From positions 486-64,485 of the forward strand of contig JAJYJH010000011.1 in NCBI GenBank assembly GCA_021789695.1: a stretch of DNA of 64,000 bases, given 5' to 3'. This DNA is from a bacterium. Lineage in GTDB: Bacteria > Elusimicrobiota > Elusimicrobia > Elusimicrobiales > UBA9959. The notes under the pieces were generated by a model. It saw only the letters and a program-made list of their open reading frames with translations, made no database searches and was not told the origin of the DNA. The position numbers and the translations under genes are program-made. Below are positions 56,977-64,000 of the stretch, one piece after another. Each line of letters opens with the position of its first letter. The first letter of the stretch is position 1.

Positions 56977-57743
56977 TCCTTCCTCCGCCTTTCCCAGAAA
57001 GTAAAAATGTGGAGCGGGTCTCCATTGAGCCCGTATATGCCCGGATCGCCGGACTCGGGAGCTCTCAGGTCGGAGCGAAGGACATAATAACGCGAAAGCC
57101 TGACGGCCCACCAAGAGAGCGGCTTCAGAGTCATGTGGTCCGGCTGCATCGACGTATGGTTGATGATATGCGCCATCCAGCGGCAGTCCAGGCGTCCGAT
57201 TTCGTCTGTCATTCTCTCGATGTTCTTCAACTGGACGTGCTCCAACACGTCGGTGGTTACCAGACAGTCGAAGCCGTCGGCCGGCCCGAAAGGCATGGCC
57301 AGCATCGACCCGCGGCAGACGAAGTCCCTGACTTCGGGCATTACGATCTCCTCGAGGTCCGGGGAGATATCGAATCCCCACGCGTCGACGCCGAGACGCC
57401 TGAAAGCGGCCACGGCCATGCCGGACGAACAACCGCCGACCAGCACCTTCCTTATGCCTGGCAGGGTGCCCATAACGGCCCTGGCGTGGGCGTCCTTTAT
57501 CGCGGAGTCCGGCTTCCATCCGCTTCCGCCGGAATGCGTCAGCCCGTAATCGGCGTCGACATGGTATTGCCGCTTATAGATGCCTGATATCTGCTCTTCC
57601 GTAAGACGGTTCTGCTGCCGGTTAAAAAGCTCCAACTCCAGCTTAGTCCGAAGCGAGCGGAAAACTTCTAGCAGGCCGGCTGCGGCCAGCAGTCGGCGCC
57701 CCACGCCCCTCAGCGGCTCAGGAACGAAGTCGGTCACGCTCAT
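56973..57743 (-). CDS. Class I SAM-dependent methyltransferase (candidate glycan chain-terminating or modifying enzyme)
   Basis: ATG at 57741-57743 forms an ATGA overlap with the Wzt stop. IRKVLVGGCSSGMAVAAFRRLGVDAWGFDISP is SAM motif I. Confidence 0.65.
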   Translation of the reverse strand: MSVTDFVPEPLRGVGRRLLAAAGLLEVFRSLRTKLELELFNRQQNRLTEEQISGIYKRQYHVDADYGLTHSGGSGWKPDSAIKDAHARAVMGTLPGIRKVLVGGCSSGMAVAAFRRLGVDAWGFDISPDLEEIVMPEVRDFVCRGSMLAMPFGPADGFDCLVTTDVLEHVQLKNIERMTDEIGRLDCRWMAHIINHTSMQPDHMTLKPLSWWAVRLSRYYVLRSDLRAPESGDPGIYGLNGDPLHIFTFWERRRKE

Positions 57744-58990
57744 GCGATCGGCCCGGACAGGTTTACGGCGCCGTCCAACAGGAACGAGCTTTCCTTTTCG
57801 AAGACCTGGTAGCCGGAACCGTAGAAGTCGCCGGCGGCCACCGTTACCCTGGCCAGCCAGGAAATGTAGTCGGCCGGGACTATACCGCTGGAGAGGTAGG
57901 CGTCCAGCCGATAAGTTTCCGGAACCAGCGGCAGGCGCCTCAGTTCGCAAACGATCGCGCCTTTGGGCGGGACCTCGCGAAAAGCCTGTCCGGTGAACCT
58001 GGTGCCGAACTGGGCCACCGCCTCTCCGGACTGCTTGAGAAGAACGAACTGGAGGTTCACGTCCTCGACCGGCCCGCCCGAAGGGCTTTCATACTCGAAC
58101 ACCAGGCGGGAGGTCTCGCCGTTCCTCAGGAAAGGGACCGTCTCTCCGGCCAAGTTCTCCAACCTGAAGCCGGTCAGCCTGAGGATACCGGAACCGGTCC
58201 GGTCATGGCGCGAGGCTATATCCCCGCTTGTCGCGTTCTCGGAAGCCGCTGCCAGATAGCGGCCAGTGGCGTCGTGGGTGGGGCCGGAAAAAGATATCCT
58301 TCCGCCCTCTAAGAGCAGCGCCCTGTCGCAAAAACTGTTGACCGCGGGGATGTTATGGCTGACGAAGAGGACCGTTCTGCCGCCGCCGGCGGCTTCCCGC
58401 ATCTTGGCGATGCATTTGCGCTGGAAGATGGCGTCGCCTACGGCGAGAACCTCGTCGACCAGCAGTATCTCTGGCTCCAAGTGCGCGGCCACCGAGAAGG
58501 CCAGCCTCATGTACATGCCGCTGGAGTAGCGCTTGACCGGCGTCTCCATGAAGCGCTCCATCTCCGCGAAGGCCAGTATCTCGGCGTACTTGCGGCTTAT
58601 CTCCGAACTGCGCATCCCCAGTATCGTGCCGTAAAGGTAGACGTTCTCCCTGCCGGTCAGCTCCGGGTGGAAACCCGTCCCGACCTCGAGCAGCGAGCCC
58701 ACGCGGCCGCGCAGTTCTGCCCGGCCCGAGGTCGGCTCGGTTATCCGCGAAAGTATCTTCAGGAGAGTGCTCTTCCCCGCGCCGTTGCGGCCAATGATGC
58801 CCAGCACCTCCCCGCGCTTCACCTCGAAAGACACGTCCTTGAGCGCCCACACCTCTTCGCGCTTGCGGCCTTTGGAGAACGACGTCCTGACGGCGTCGAC
58901 CAGCGTCTCCCGGAACGTCTTATAGCCGTGCGTGGCGCCAAGAGAATAGCGCTTGGAGAGGTTCTCGGCATTTATTATGACGTCGCTCAT
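57740..58990 (-). CDS. wzt: Polysaccharide ABC-transporter ATP-binding protein (Wzt/TagH type) with a C-terminal Wzt_C-like binding domain
   Basis: GIIGRNGAGKSTLLK (Walker A), YSSGMYMRLAFSVA (signature), LLVDEVLAVGD (Walker B). About 170 extra C-terminal residues are beta-rich. Confidence 0.85.
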   Translation of the reverse strand: MSDVIINAENLSKRYSLGATHGYKTFRETLVDAVRTSFSKGRKREEVWALKDVSFEVKRGEVLGIIGRNGAGKSTLLKILSRITEPTSGRAELRGRVGSLLEVGTGFHPELTGRENVYLYGTILGMRSSEISRKYAEILAFAEMERFMETPVKRYSSGMYMRLAFSVAAHLEPEILLVDEVLAVGDAIFQRKCIAKMREAAGGGRTVLFVSHNIPAVNSFCDRALLLEGGRISFSGPTHDATGRYLAAASENATSGDIASRHDRTGSGILRLTGFRLENLAGETVPFLRNGETSRLVFEYESPSGGPVEDVNLQFVLLKQSGEAVAQFGTRFTGQAFREVPPKGAIVCELRRLPLVPETYRLDAYLSSGIVPADYISWLARVTVAAGDFYGSGYQVFEKESSFLLDGAVNLSGPIA

Positions 58991-58991
58991 G

Positions 58992-59807
58992 TCAGATCAC
59001 GTCCGCAAAGGTCCGTTCCATGCGCCTAAAGTACAGGAAGCCGGAAACGAAGAGGAAAAAGATGACGCCGGATGAGATCCCCAGGGCATGCCAGTCCAGC
59101 GCCTGGTTGCCCAGCACGGAGGCGCGGAAGGCCTTCAGCACTCCCGCCATGGGGTTGAGGGCCAGCGCCCACTGATACCGGGCGGGCACAATGCTCGACG
59201 GGTAGATGACGGGCGAGGAGAACAGCCAGAGCTGTATAACGAACGGTATGGTATAGCGTATATCGCGGTACTCGACGTTCAGCGCCGAAAGCCAGAAGCC
59301 CGCTCCGGCGGCGCAGAGGACGGTCAGCCCGGTCAGCGGGATGACCATAGGCAGGGCGGGATTAAGTCCTATGCGGAAATACAGCATCATCCCGGCCAGC
59401 ACCGTGGACGCCACCAGGAAGTCCAGCAGCCCGGAAAGGACTGCCGCGGCCGGGACTATGGCCCGCGGAAAATAGACCTTGGTGATGAGGTTTGCGTTAC
59501 CGACCATGCTCTCGCTGGCGGCGGTGAGCGCCCCGGAGAAGTACGTCCACGGCAGCAGCCCGGCGTAAACGAAGACGGGGTAAGGGACGCCGTCGGACGG
59601 GACCTTGGCCATCTTGCCGAAGAACAGCGAGAAAACGACCATGGTGAAGAACGGCTGTATTATGGCCCAGAGCCCGCCGAGCACCGTCTGCTTGTAGCGC
59701 ACCTTTATGTCACGCTTTACCAGGAAAGAGCCGAGCTCGCGGTAGTGCCATAGGGAGGCGAGTTCCGACAGCGTGAATTTATGCTTGGGCGTTATCACTA
59801 TGCGCAT
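58992..59807 (-). CDS. wzm: Polysaccharide ABC-transporter permease (ABC-2 type, Wzm)
   Basis: ELASLWHYRELGSFLVKRDIKVRYKQTVLGGLWAIIQP is a typical ABC-2/Wzm N-terminus. 6 TM segments. ATG at 59807 is preferred over the TTG at 59834. Confidence 0.85.
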   Translation of the reverse strand: MRIVITPKHKFTLSELASLWHYRELGSFLVKRDIKVRYKQTVLGGLWAIIQPFFTMVVFSLFFGKMAKVPSDGVPYPVFVYAGLLPWTYFSGALTAASESMVGNANLITKVYFPRAIVPAAAVLSGLLDFLVASTVLAGMMLYFRIGLNPALPMVIPLTGLTVLCAAGAGFWLSALNVEYRDIRYTIPFVIQLWLFSSPVIYPSSIVPARYQWALALNPMAGVLKAFRASVLGNQALDWHALGISSGVIFFLFVSGFLYFRRMERTFADVI

Positions 59808-59889
59808 AGGGTACCGGCCGCGTCTAATGTTCAATATTACATAATTTAGCCGCAGGCCCGGCAGCAGCGGCGCGGCGTCCGGCCTCCGG

Positions 59890-61293
59890 CTATTCCCCCG
59901 AGGACGGAGTCGCCGCCCGTGGGTCGGCGGAGACTACCCTGAGGTACTCCACGCTGAGCAGGGCCGCCATGAACCAGAACGGTTCCATGATGCGGATGAT
60001 GATAAAACTATTGACGCCGACCGACTGGAAGAGCAGTCCCACCAGCGTCACGGCAAATCCAAGAGCTATTCCCCTTGGGACTTTGTCGTCCGACAGCAGA
60101 TAGACCTTCCTGGCCGTATAGAAAAGGCGGTAAAGCAGCCAGAAGAAAAGCAGCCCGCCCAGGAGGCCGGTCTCGCCCAGGACCAGCGCGTACTGCGTGT
60201 CGCACAAGCCCACGCCGGTGACGCCCCAGCCGAATATAGGATGTTCCGGCAACTGGTCCAGGAAAACCCTCTGCAACGAGCGCAGGCGAGCGGCGGCTGA
60301 ATCCTCCAGGCGTATGCTGCCTACCGGCCCGGCGTGGAAGACCTCCGTGGCGTACTCGCCCCTATAGGTCATCGTGATGCGCTCCGCCACCTTTCCCATG
60401 ACCGTCGGCATAGCCAGCAGGGCCAGCATGCCGACCAGTATGAACCAGAACATGGACAGCCGGCGCCGCTTAGTGAACAGAAGCAGCGCCGGGACCATCA
60501 GCGTAAAGCCTATATAGGAAGAGCGGGAGAAGGTCAGCAGGAAGGCCGGGAACATGAAGGCCAGCAGCCCGGCCAGCAGGAACAGCGTCTTCCCGGAGTA
60601 CTCGGTCATGAAGGCCATCAGCGCCCCGAATACTACCAGGTAGTAGCCGCCCAACGACGCCGGCTCGGAGGAATTTATCCGGCTGCCCAGCACGGCCTCG
60701 AACGGCGCGGTGGCGCGCGCGTCCGGGCCAGCGCTGTGGTAATAATAGAAAGCGTAGAAGGTGACCGCTACGGCCACAATCAGGCCGTAGCGCAGGTAGC
60801 GCCGGATATCCTCCCTGGTCTCCACGATGTTCACCGTCATGAAGTAGAGAAAGAAATACTCCGCGTATTTCAGCACATAAAAGAAGGATTCCTTGGCGCT
60901 TACGTTCCCGCGCATCACGCCCAAGGCCGTGGAGAGCACAGCGGCCGCGGTATAGAGCAGCACCGGGGCCTGCGCGGGCGTTGAGGTTATGAACGGCCTG
61001 GTCTTGAAGACAGCGGTCCGGGCCAGCCAGGAGAAGAAGATTATGACCAGCAGTATATCGTCGTAGCGCAGAACCGCCTCACGGCCGCCGCCGACCTGTC
61101 CGAAGCCTATCTTGGGGGACAGCAGCATGGAGAAGATCAGCAGCGTTATGCTGGCCTTGGGGGACATGAAGGCTAATATGGAGACGATGACCCCCAGCAG
61201 CCCCATCACCACGTAAACCTGGCCGCCGGAGGCCGCCATGTGCCCCAGCACGGACGCGATTACCAGGGCCAGGACCGTGATCGTTATCGCCAT
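59890..61293 (-). CDS. O-antigen ligase / polymerase family (Wzy_C-like) membrane protein
   Basis: 467 aa, about 12 TM segments, with a central FSRSSYIGF segment like the Wzy_C loop. Confidence 0.65.
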   Translation of the reverse strand: MAITITVLALVIASVLGHMAASGGQVYVVMGLLGVIVSILAFMSPKASITLLIFSMLLSPKIGFGQVGGGREAVLRYDDILLVIIFFSWLARTAVFKTRPFITSTPAQAPVLLYTAAAVLSTALGVMRGNVSAKESFFYVLKYAEYFFLYFMTVNIVETREDIRRYLRYGLIVAVAVTFYAFYYYHSAGPDARATAPFEAVLGSRINSSEPASLGGYYLVVFGALMAFMTEYSGKTLFLLAGLLAFMFPAFLLTFSRSSYIGFTLMVPALLLFTKRRRLSMFWFILVGMLALLAMPTVMGKVAERITMTYRGEYATEVFHAGPVGSIRLEDSAAARLRSLQRVFLDQLPEHPIFGWGVTGVGLCDTQYALVLGETGLLGGLLFFWLLYRLFYTARKVYLLSDDKVPRGIALGFAVTLVGLLFQSVGVNSFIIIRIMEPFWFMAALLSVEYLRVVSADPRAATPSSGE

Positions 61294-61321
61294 TTAGAGG
61301 AGAAACTTTCCCGGCCGCGGC

Positions 61322-63178
61322 TCAACGGCGGGAGTAGCTTTTGTAGTCGTAGTAGTGATAGCCGTACTGCGGGCCCATCTCGGAGGCGCGCACGCCGTTG
61401 AGCACCACGCCTATCATGCGCGAGTTCACGCCGGCAATCTGCTCTTTGGCGCGTTTGAGCGCGCCGCGGGCTATCTTGCCGGCCTTGTAGACCAGCACGA
61501 CTCCGTCGGAGGCGTGCTTGGCCACCATCAGCGCGTCGGCGAACAGCAGCACCGGCGGCGTGTCGAAAACTACCATGTCGAACTCGTTCCGGAGGTCCTC
61601 CATCAGGGCGCCCCAGTCCGAAGTGTCCAGGATATCCACGACGGTATCGGGCTGCATGCCGCAGTTCAGTACCTTAAGGTTCTCTATGCCCGGAAAGCGC
61701 ATTATCTGGTCGTAGTCTATGCCGCCCATTATGAAGTCGGCGCTCTCCAGCACGACGTCCCGCCAGTCGGCCTTGCGGGTCAGCACGTCGCTAAGCCCCG
61801 GGCCCTTGCGCGTGCCGAAGATCTGGTTTATGGCAGGCCGCCTGAGGTCGGCGTCCACCAGCAGCGTCCTGAGCCCGGAGTGCGCGCTGGCCAGCGCGAA
61901 ATTCACCGAAGTGAGCGTCTTACCCTCCGCTGCCCCCGCCGAGCTGAAGACCACGGATACGCTCTGTTTCGTATTGAGGTTCGAGATCAGGTTGGTGCGC
62001 AGCGTATGATAGGACTCTATCACGCTGGAGGCGTAGCGCCGGTTGACCACCAGGGCGCTGCGGAAGGCGTCTACGGTATAGCGTTCCTTCTTGAACACCT
62101 GCGTGAGCCAGTTGTCCAGGTGCCTCTCGCTGAGGATGTTGGGGACGATGCCAAGCACCGGCAGCTTCAGGAATTCCTCGATATCCTCAATGGTGGAGAT
62201 AGAGACATCCAGGTTCTCCAGCAGGAATACCACCACCACCGCAAGGAACAGCCCGAGCACGGAACCGGCCATCAGGTTCAGCGCCCTGTTCGGGGAGACC
62301 GGCGTGGGTTCCGGCTCGGGAGGATTGACCACGCTGACGAAGGAGACTATTGAGGCCACGCCCAGCTTGGCCTCCTCGTACTGCTTGTTGAGCGTAGTGT
62401 AGAGGTCCTCCTGCATACGCAGGTCGCGGCTTATGCGGGCCAACTCCATGTCGGCGACCGGTATCTGTTCCAGTTTCTGCTGCACCACGTCTATGCGCTG
62501 TTGCAGGTTCACCACCTCGGGGTAGCTGGGGGTGTACTTGTCCAGCAGCGACTTCTTGCGCATCTCCAGGTCGGAAAGTTCGTTGGCCAGCACGTCGCCG
62601 AGGCCGGTCCTGGGGTTCTGCTGCACGAAGCGCTCTTTTTTCTGTTCCAGCGCCTGGAGACTGACAGACACGTCGTCGCGCCGGCTGGAGATGTCATCCA
62701 GCGTCTTCCTGGCCTGCATACTCTTCTGCTCCAGGTCGTACTCCTTGTAGGAATCTATGACGGCGGAAAGGATGTCGGCGGCGCGGCGCGGACTGCTGCT
62801 ATAGGAGGTCAGCGTGATCAGGTTGGAGTCCTCGAGACGGCCGGCCTTGTAGGAAGCGGCTATCTTTTCGGCGGTGCCGAGTCCCGACGGCATTCCAAGC
62901 CTGGCCGCCGCCCGCGAGGCTATCTCGTCGGAGCATATCACCCTCATCTGCGTGGCCACGGCGCTCCATGGGTCGTAATCGACGAGGTCCCCCCCTGGCA
63001 TCTTGGTATAGGAAACGGGAGGCTTCGTGTTTATGAGCGCGTGGCTGCTGTAGACCACCGGCTGCATATGCGTGTAGAACATCGTGGAAAAGATGGTGAC
63101 CGAAAAGATCAGCAGCGCCACCCACTTGCGGCGGTTGATTATGCGCCAGTAATCGTATAGCGTCAGTTCGGCCTGCAT
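61322..63178 (-). CDS. wzc: Polysaccharide co-polymerase with a C-terminal BY-kinase domain (Wzc/GumC-like)
   Basis: N-terminal Wzz-type TM plus a coiled-coil periplasmic region. VVFSSAGAAEGKTLTSVNFA (Walker A). Tyr-rich C-terminal tail YGYHYYDYKSY. Confidence 0.85.
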   Translation of the reverse strand: MQAELTLYDYWRIINRRKWVALLIFSVTIFSTMFYTHMQPVVYSSHALINTKPPVSYTKMPGGDLVDYDPWSAVATQMRVICSDEIASRAAARLGMPSGLGTAEKIAASYKAGRLEDSNLITLTSYSSSPRRAADILSAVIDSYKEYDLEQKSMQARKTLDDISSRRDDVSVSLQALEQKKERFVQQNPRTGLGDVLANELSDLEMRKKSLLDKYTPSYPEVVNLQQRIDVVQQKLEQIPVADMELARISRDLRMQEDLYTTLNKQYEEAKLGVASIVSFVSVVNPPEPEPTPVSPNRALNLMAGSVLGLFLAVVVVFLLENLDVSISTIEDIEEFLKLPVLGIVPNILSERHLDNWLTQVFKKERYTVDAFRSALVVNRRYASSVIESYHTLRTNLISNLNTKQSVSVVFSSAGAAEGKTLTSVNFALASAHSGLRTLLVDADLRRPAINQIFGTRKGPGLSDVLTRKADWRDVVLESADFIMGGIDYDQIMRFPGIENLKVLNCGMQPDTVVDILDTSDWGALMEDLRNEFDMVVFDTPPVLLFADALMVAKHASDGVVLVYKAGKIARGALKRAKEQIAGVNSRMIGVVLNGVRASEMGPQYGYHYYDYKSYSRR

Positions 63179-63179
63179 A

Positions 63180-63875
63180 TCACCTGTTCTTGTTCACCAC
63201 TATGCCGGCGGTCAGCGCAAAAAGGAAGAGCGTGGTCCACGGCACTATGTTGTCGGTTATCCATTTGCCGGCGGCGTAGTAGGGCTTGCGCGGGACATAG
63301 ACTATGTCCCCATTGGCCAGCAGGACGTTTTTGTTCAGGTCTCCGTTCAGCACGTCTTCGAGGTTGGCCTTGAACACCTCCTCCGTCGCTTTGCCGTCGG
63401 AGCCGGGAATCTTGCGGTAGATGCGCACCTTGGAGGTGCTGGCGTAATCCTGCAGGCCTCCCGCCTCGGCCACCAGGTCCAGCAGGCGCATGCCCTCATG
63501 GTACTCGTAGTAGCCGGTGGCGTGGGCCTGCCCTATTATCGCCACCCTGTTGAACGAGAATCTGCGCACGCTGATCGTTATGGACGGGTTGGCGACGTAA
63601 CGGGAATATTTGGCCGTCAGTATTTTCTCCAGTTCGCTGGGCTTCAGCCCCTGCGCGGTGATGGACCCCAACAGCGGAATCTCTATGCTGCCGTCCGGCT
63701 GCACGGTGACGTCCCTGGAGAATTCCTGAGCGGGGAAGACGTTGATGCTGATGGCGTCGCCAGCCGTTATCGGATATTCCTTGTCCTGCCCCTGAGCTGG
63801 CACGGCCTCCTGGGCTAAGACCTGCAGGGGGGCCGAAAGCATGAGCAGGGAAAGAAGCATGGATAAAGTCTTCAT
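63180..63875 (-). CDS. wza: Polysaccharide export protein (Poly_export + SLBB, short Wza/OPX-like)
   Basis: Signal peptide. YPITAGDAISINVF...QPDGSIEIPLLGSITAQGL (Poly_export motif). NGDIVYVP (SLBB). Confidence 0.8.
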   Translation of the reverse strand: MKTLSMLLSLLMLSAPLQVLAQEAVPAQGQDKEYPITAGDAISINVFPAQEFSRDVTVQPDGSIEIPLLGSITAQGLKPSELEKILTAKYSRYVANPSITISVRRFSFNRVAIIGQAHATGYYEYHEGMRLLDLVAEAGGLQDYASTSKVRIYRKIPGSDGKATEEVFKANLEDVLNGDLNKNVLLANGDIVYVPRKPYYAAGKWITDNIVPWTTLFLFALTAGIVVNKNR

Positions 63876-63917
63876 AGTAGTATAGGATTATATACTAAAT
63901 CGAAGTCCCGGCGCCGC

Positions 63918-64000
63918 CTACTTACCGCCCTCTATGGCCTTAGAAAGGCTCTTGACCACCACGCGCAGCTCTTCCAACTTGCGTTCTAAATCCTGATTCC
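63918..64000 (-). CDS. 3' end of a CDS that runs off the window (unknown, coiled-coil-like tail)
   Basis: My manual translation gives ...NQDLERKLEELRVVVKSLSKAIEGGK followed by a stop (63918-63920). It is too short to judge. Confidence 0.3.
   Translation of the reverse strand, partial: NQDLERKLEELRVVVKSLSKAIEGGK

Overview
This is a GC-rich, gene-dense bacterial chromosomal segment with about 58 credible CDS. I saw no rRNA, tRNA, CRISPR array, transposase or integrase. Because of the GC content, most long ORFs in the six-frame track that lie opposite recognisable genes are antisense shadow ORFs. The track also counts TTG and GTG as starts, so I re-called several starts from the sequence. Contents from left to right. 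(1) A SEC-C motif protein and a ptb-buk butyrate fermentation pair. (2) A secreted protein divergent from a 1223-aa surface protein with 10 FN3 repeats and a T9SS-type C-terminal domain, followed directly by a PorV/PorQ-like outer-membrane protein. (3) A transporter, a small lipoprotein, an M29 aminopeptidase and a decayed ArnT/PMT-like glycosyltransferase remnant. (4) A translationally coupled GNAT / LuxE-like / LuxC-PaaK-fusion module with no luciferase genes. I consider this the best candidate for an undescribed system. (5) A cluster of exported proteins, including a 1156-aa NHL-FN3-transglutaminase-like-TPR protein. (6) sdhCAB (single cytochrome b type) plus class I fumarate hydratase, archease-rtcB, and ornithine carbamoyltransferase. 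(7) Membrane and exported proteins, including an exported HNH-motif protein. (8) A TPP riboswitch with its own terminator, driving thiC-thiD-thiS-thiG-thiH-thiE. (9) A glycan-assembly island of about 22 kb (41570-63875). It holds many GT2/GT4 genes, three unusual fusions or remnants (AsnB-GT4, GT4-methyltransferase, a gutted zinc-ribbon methyltransferase), a CDP-alcohol phosphatidyltransferase next to a GT87/DUF2029-like GT-C enzyme, Wzm/Wzt with a C-terminal binding domain and an adjacent methyltransferase, and Wzy/ligase-like, Wzc (BY-kinase) and Wza-like genes. All functional calls rest on my recognition of motifs and family resemblance in the translated ORFs. No database search was run.
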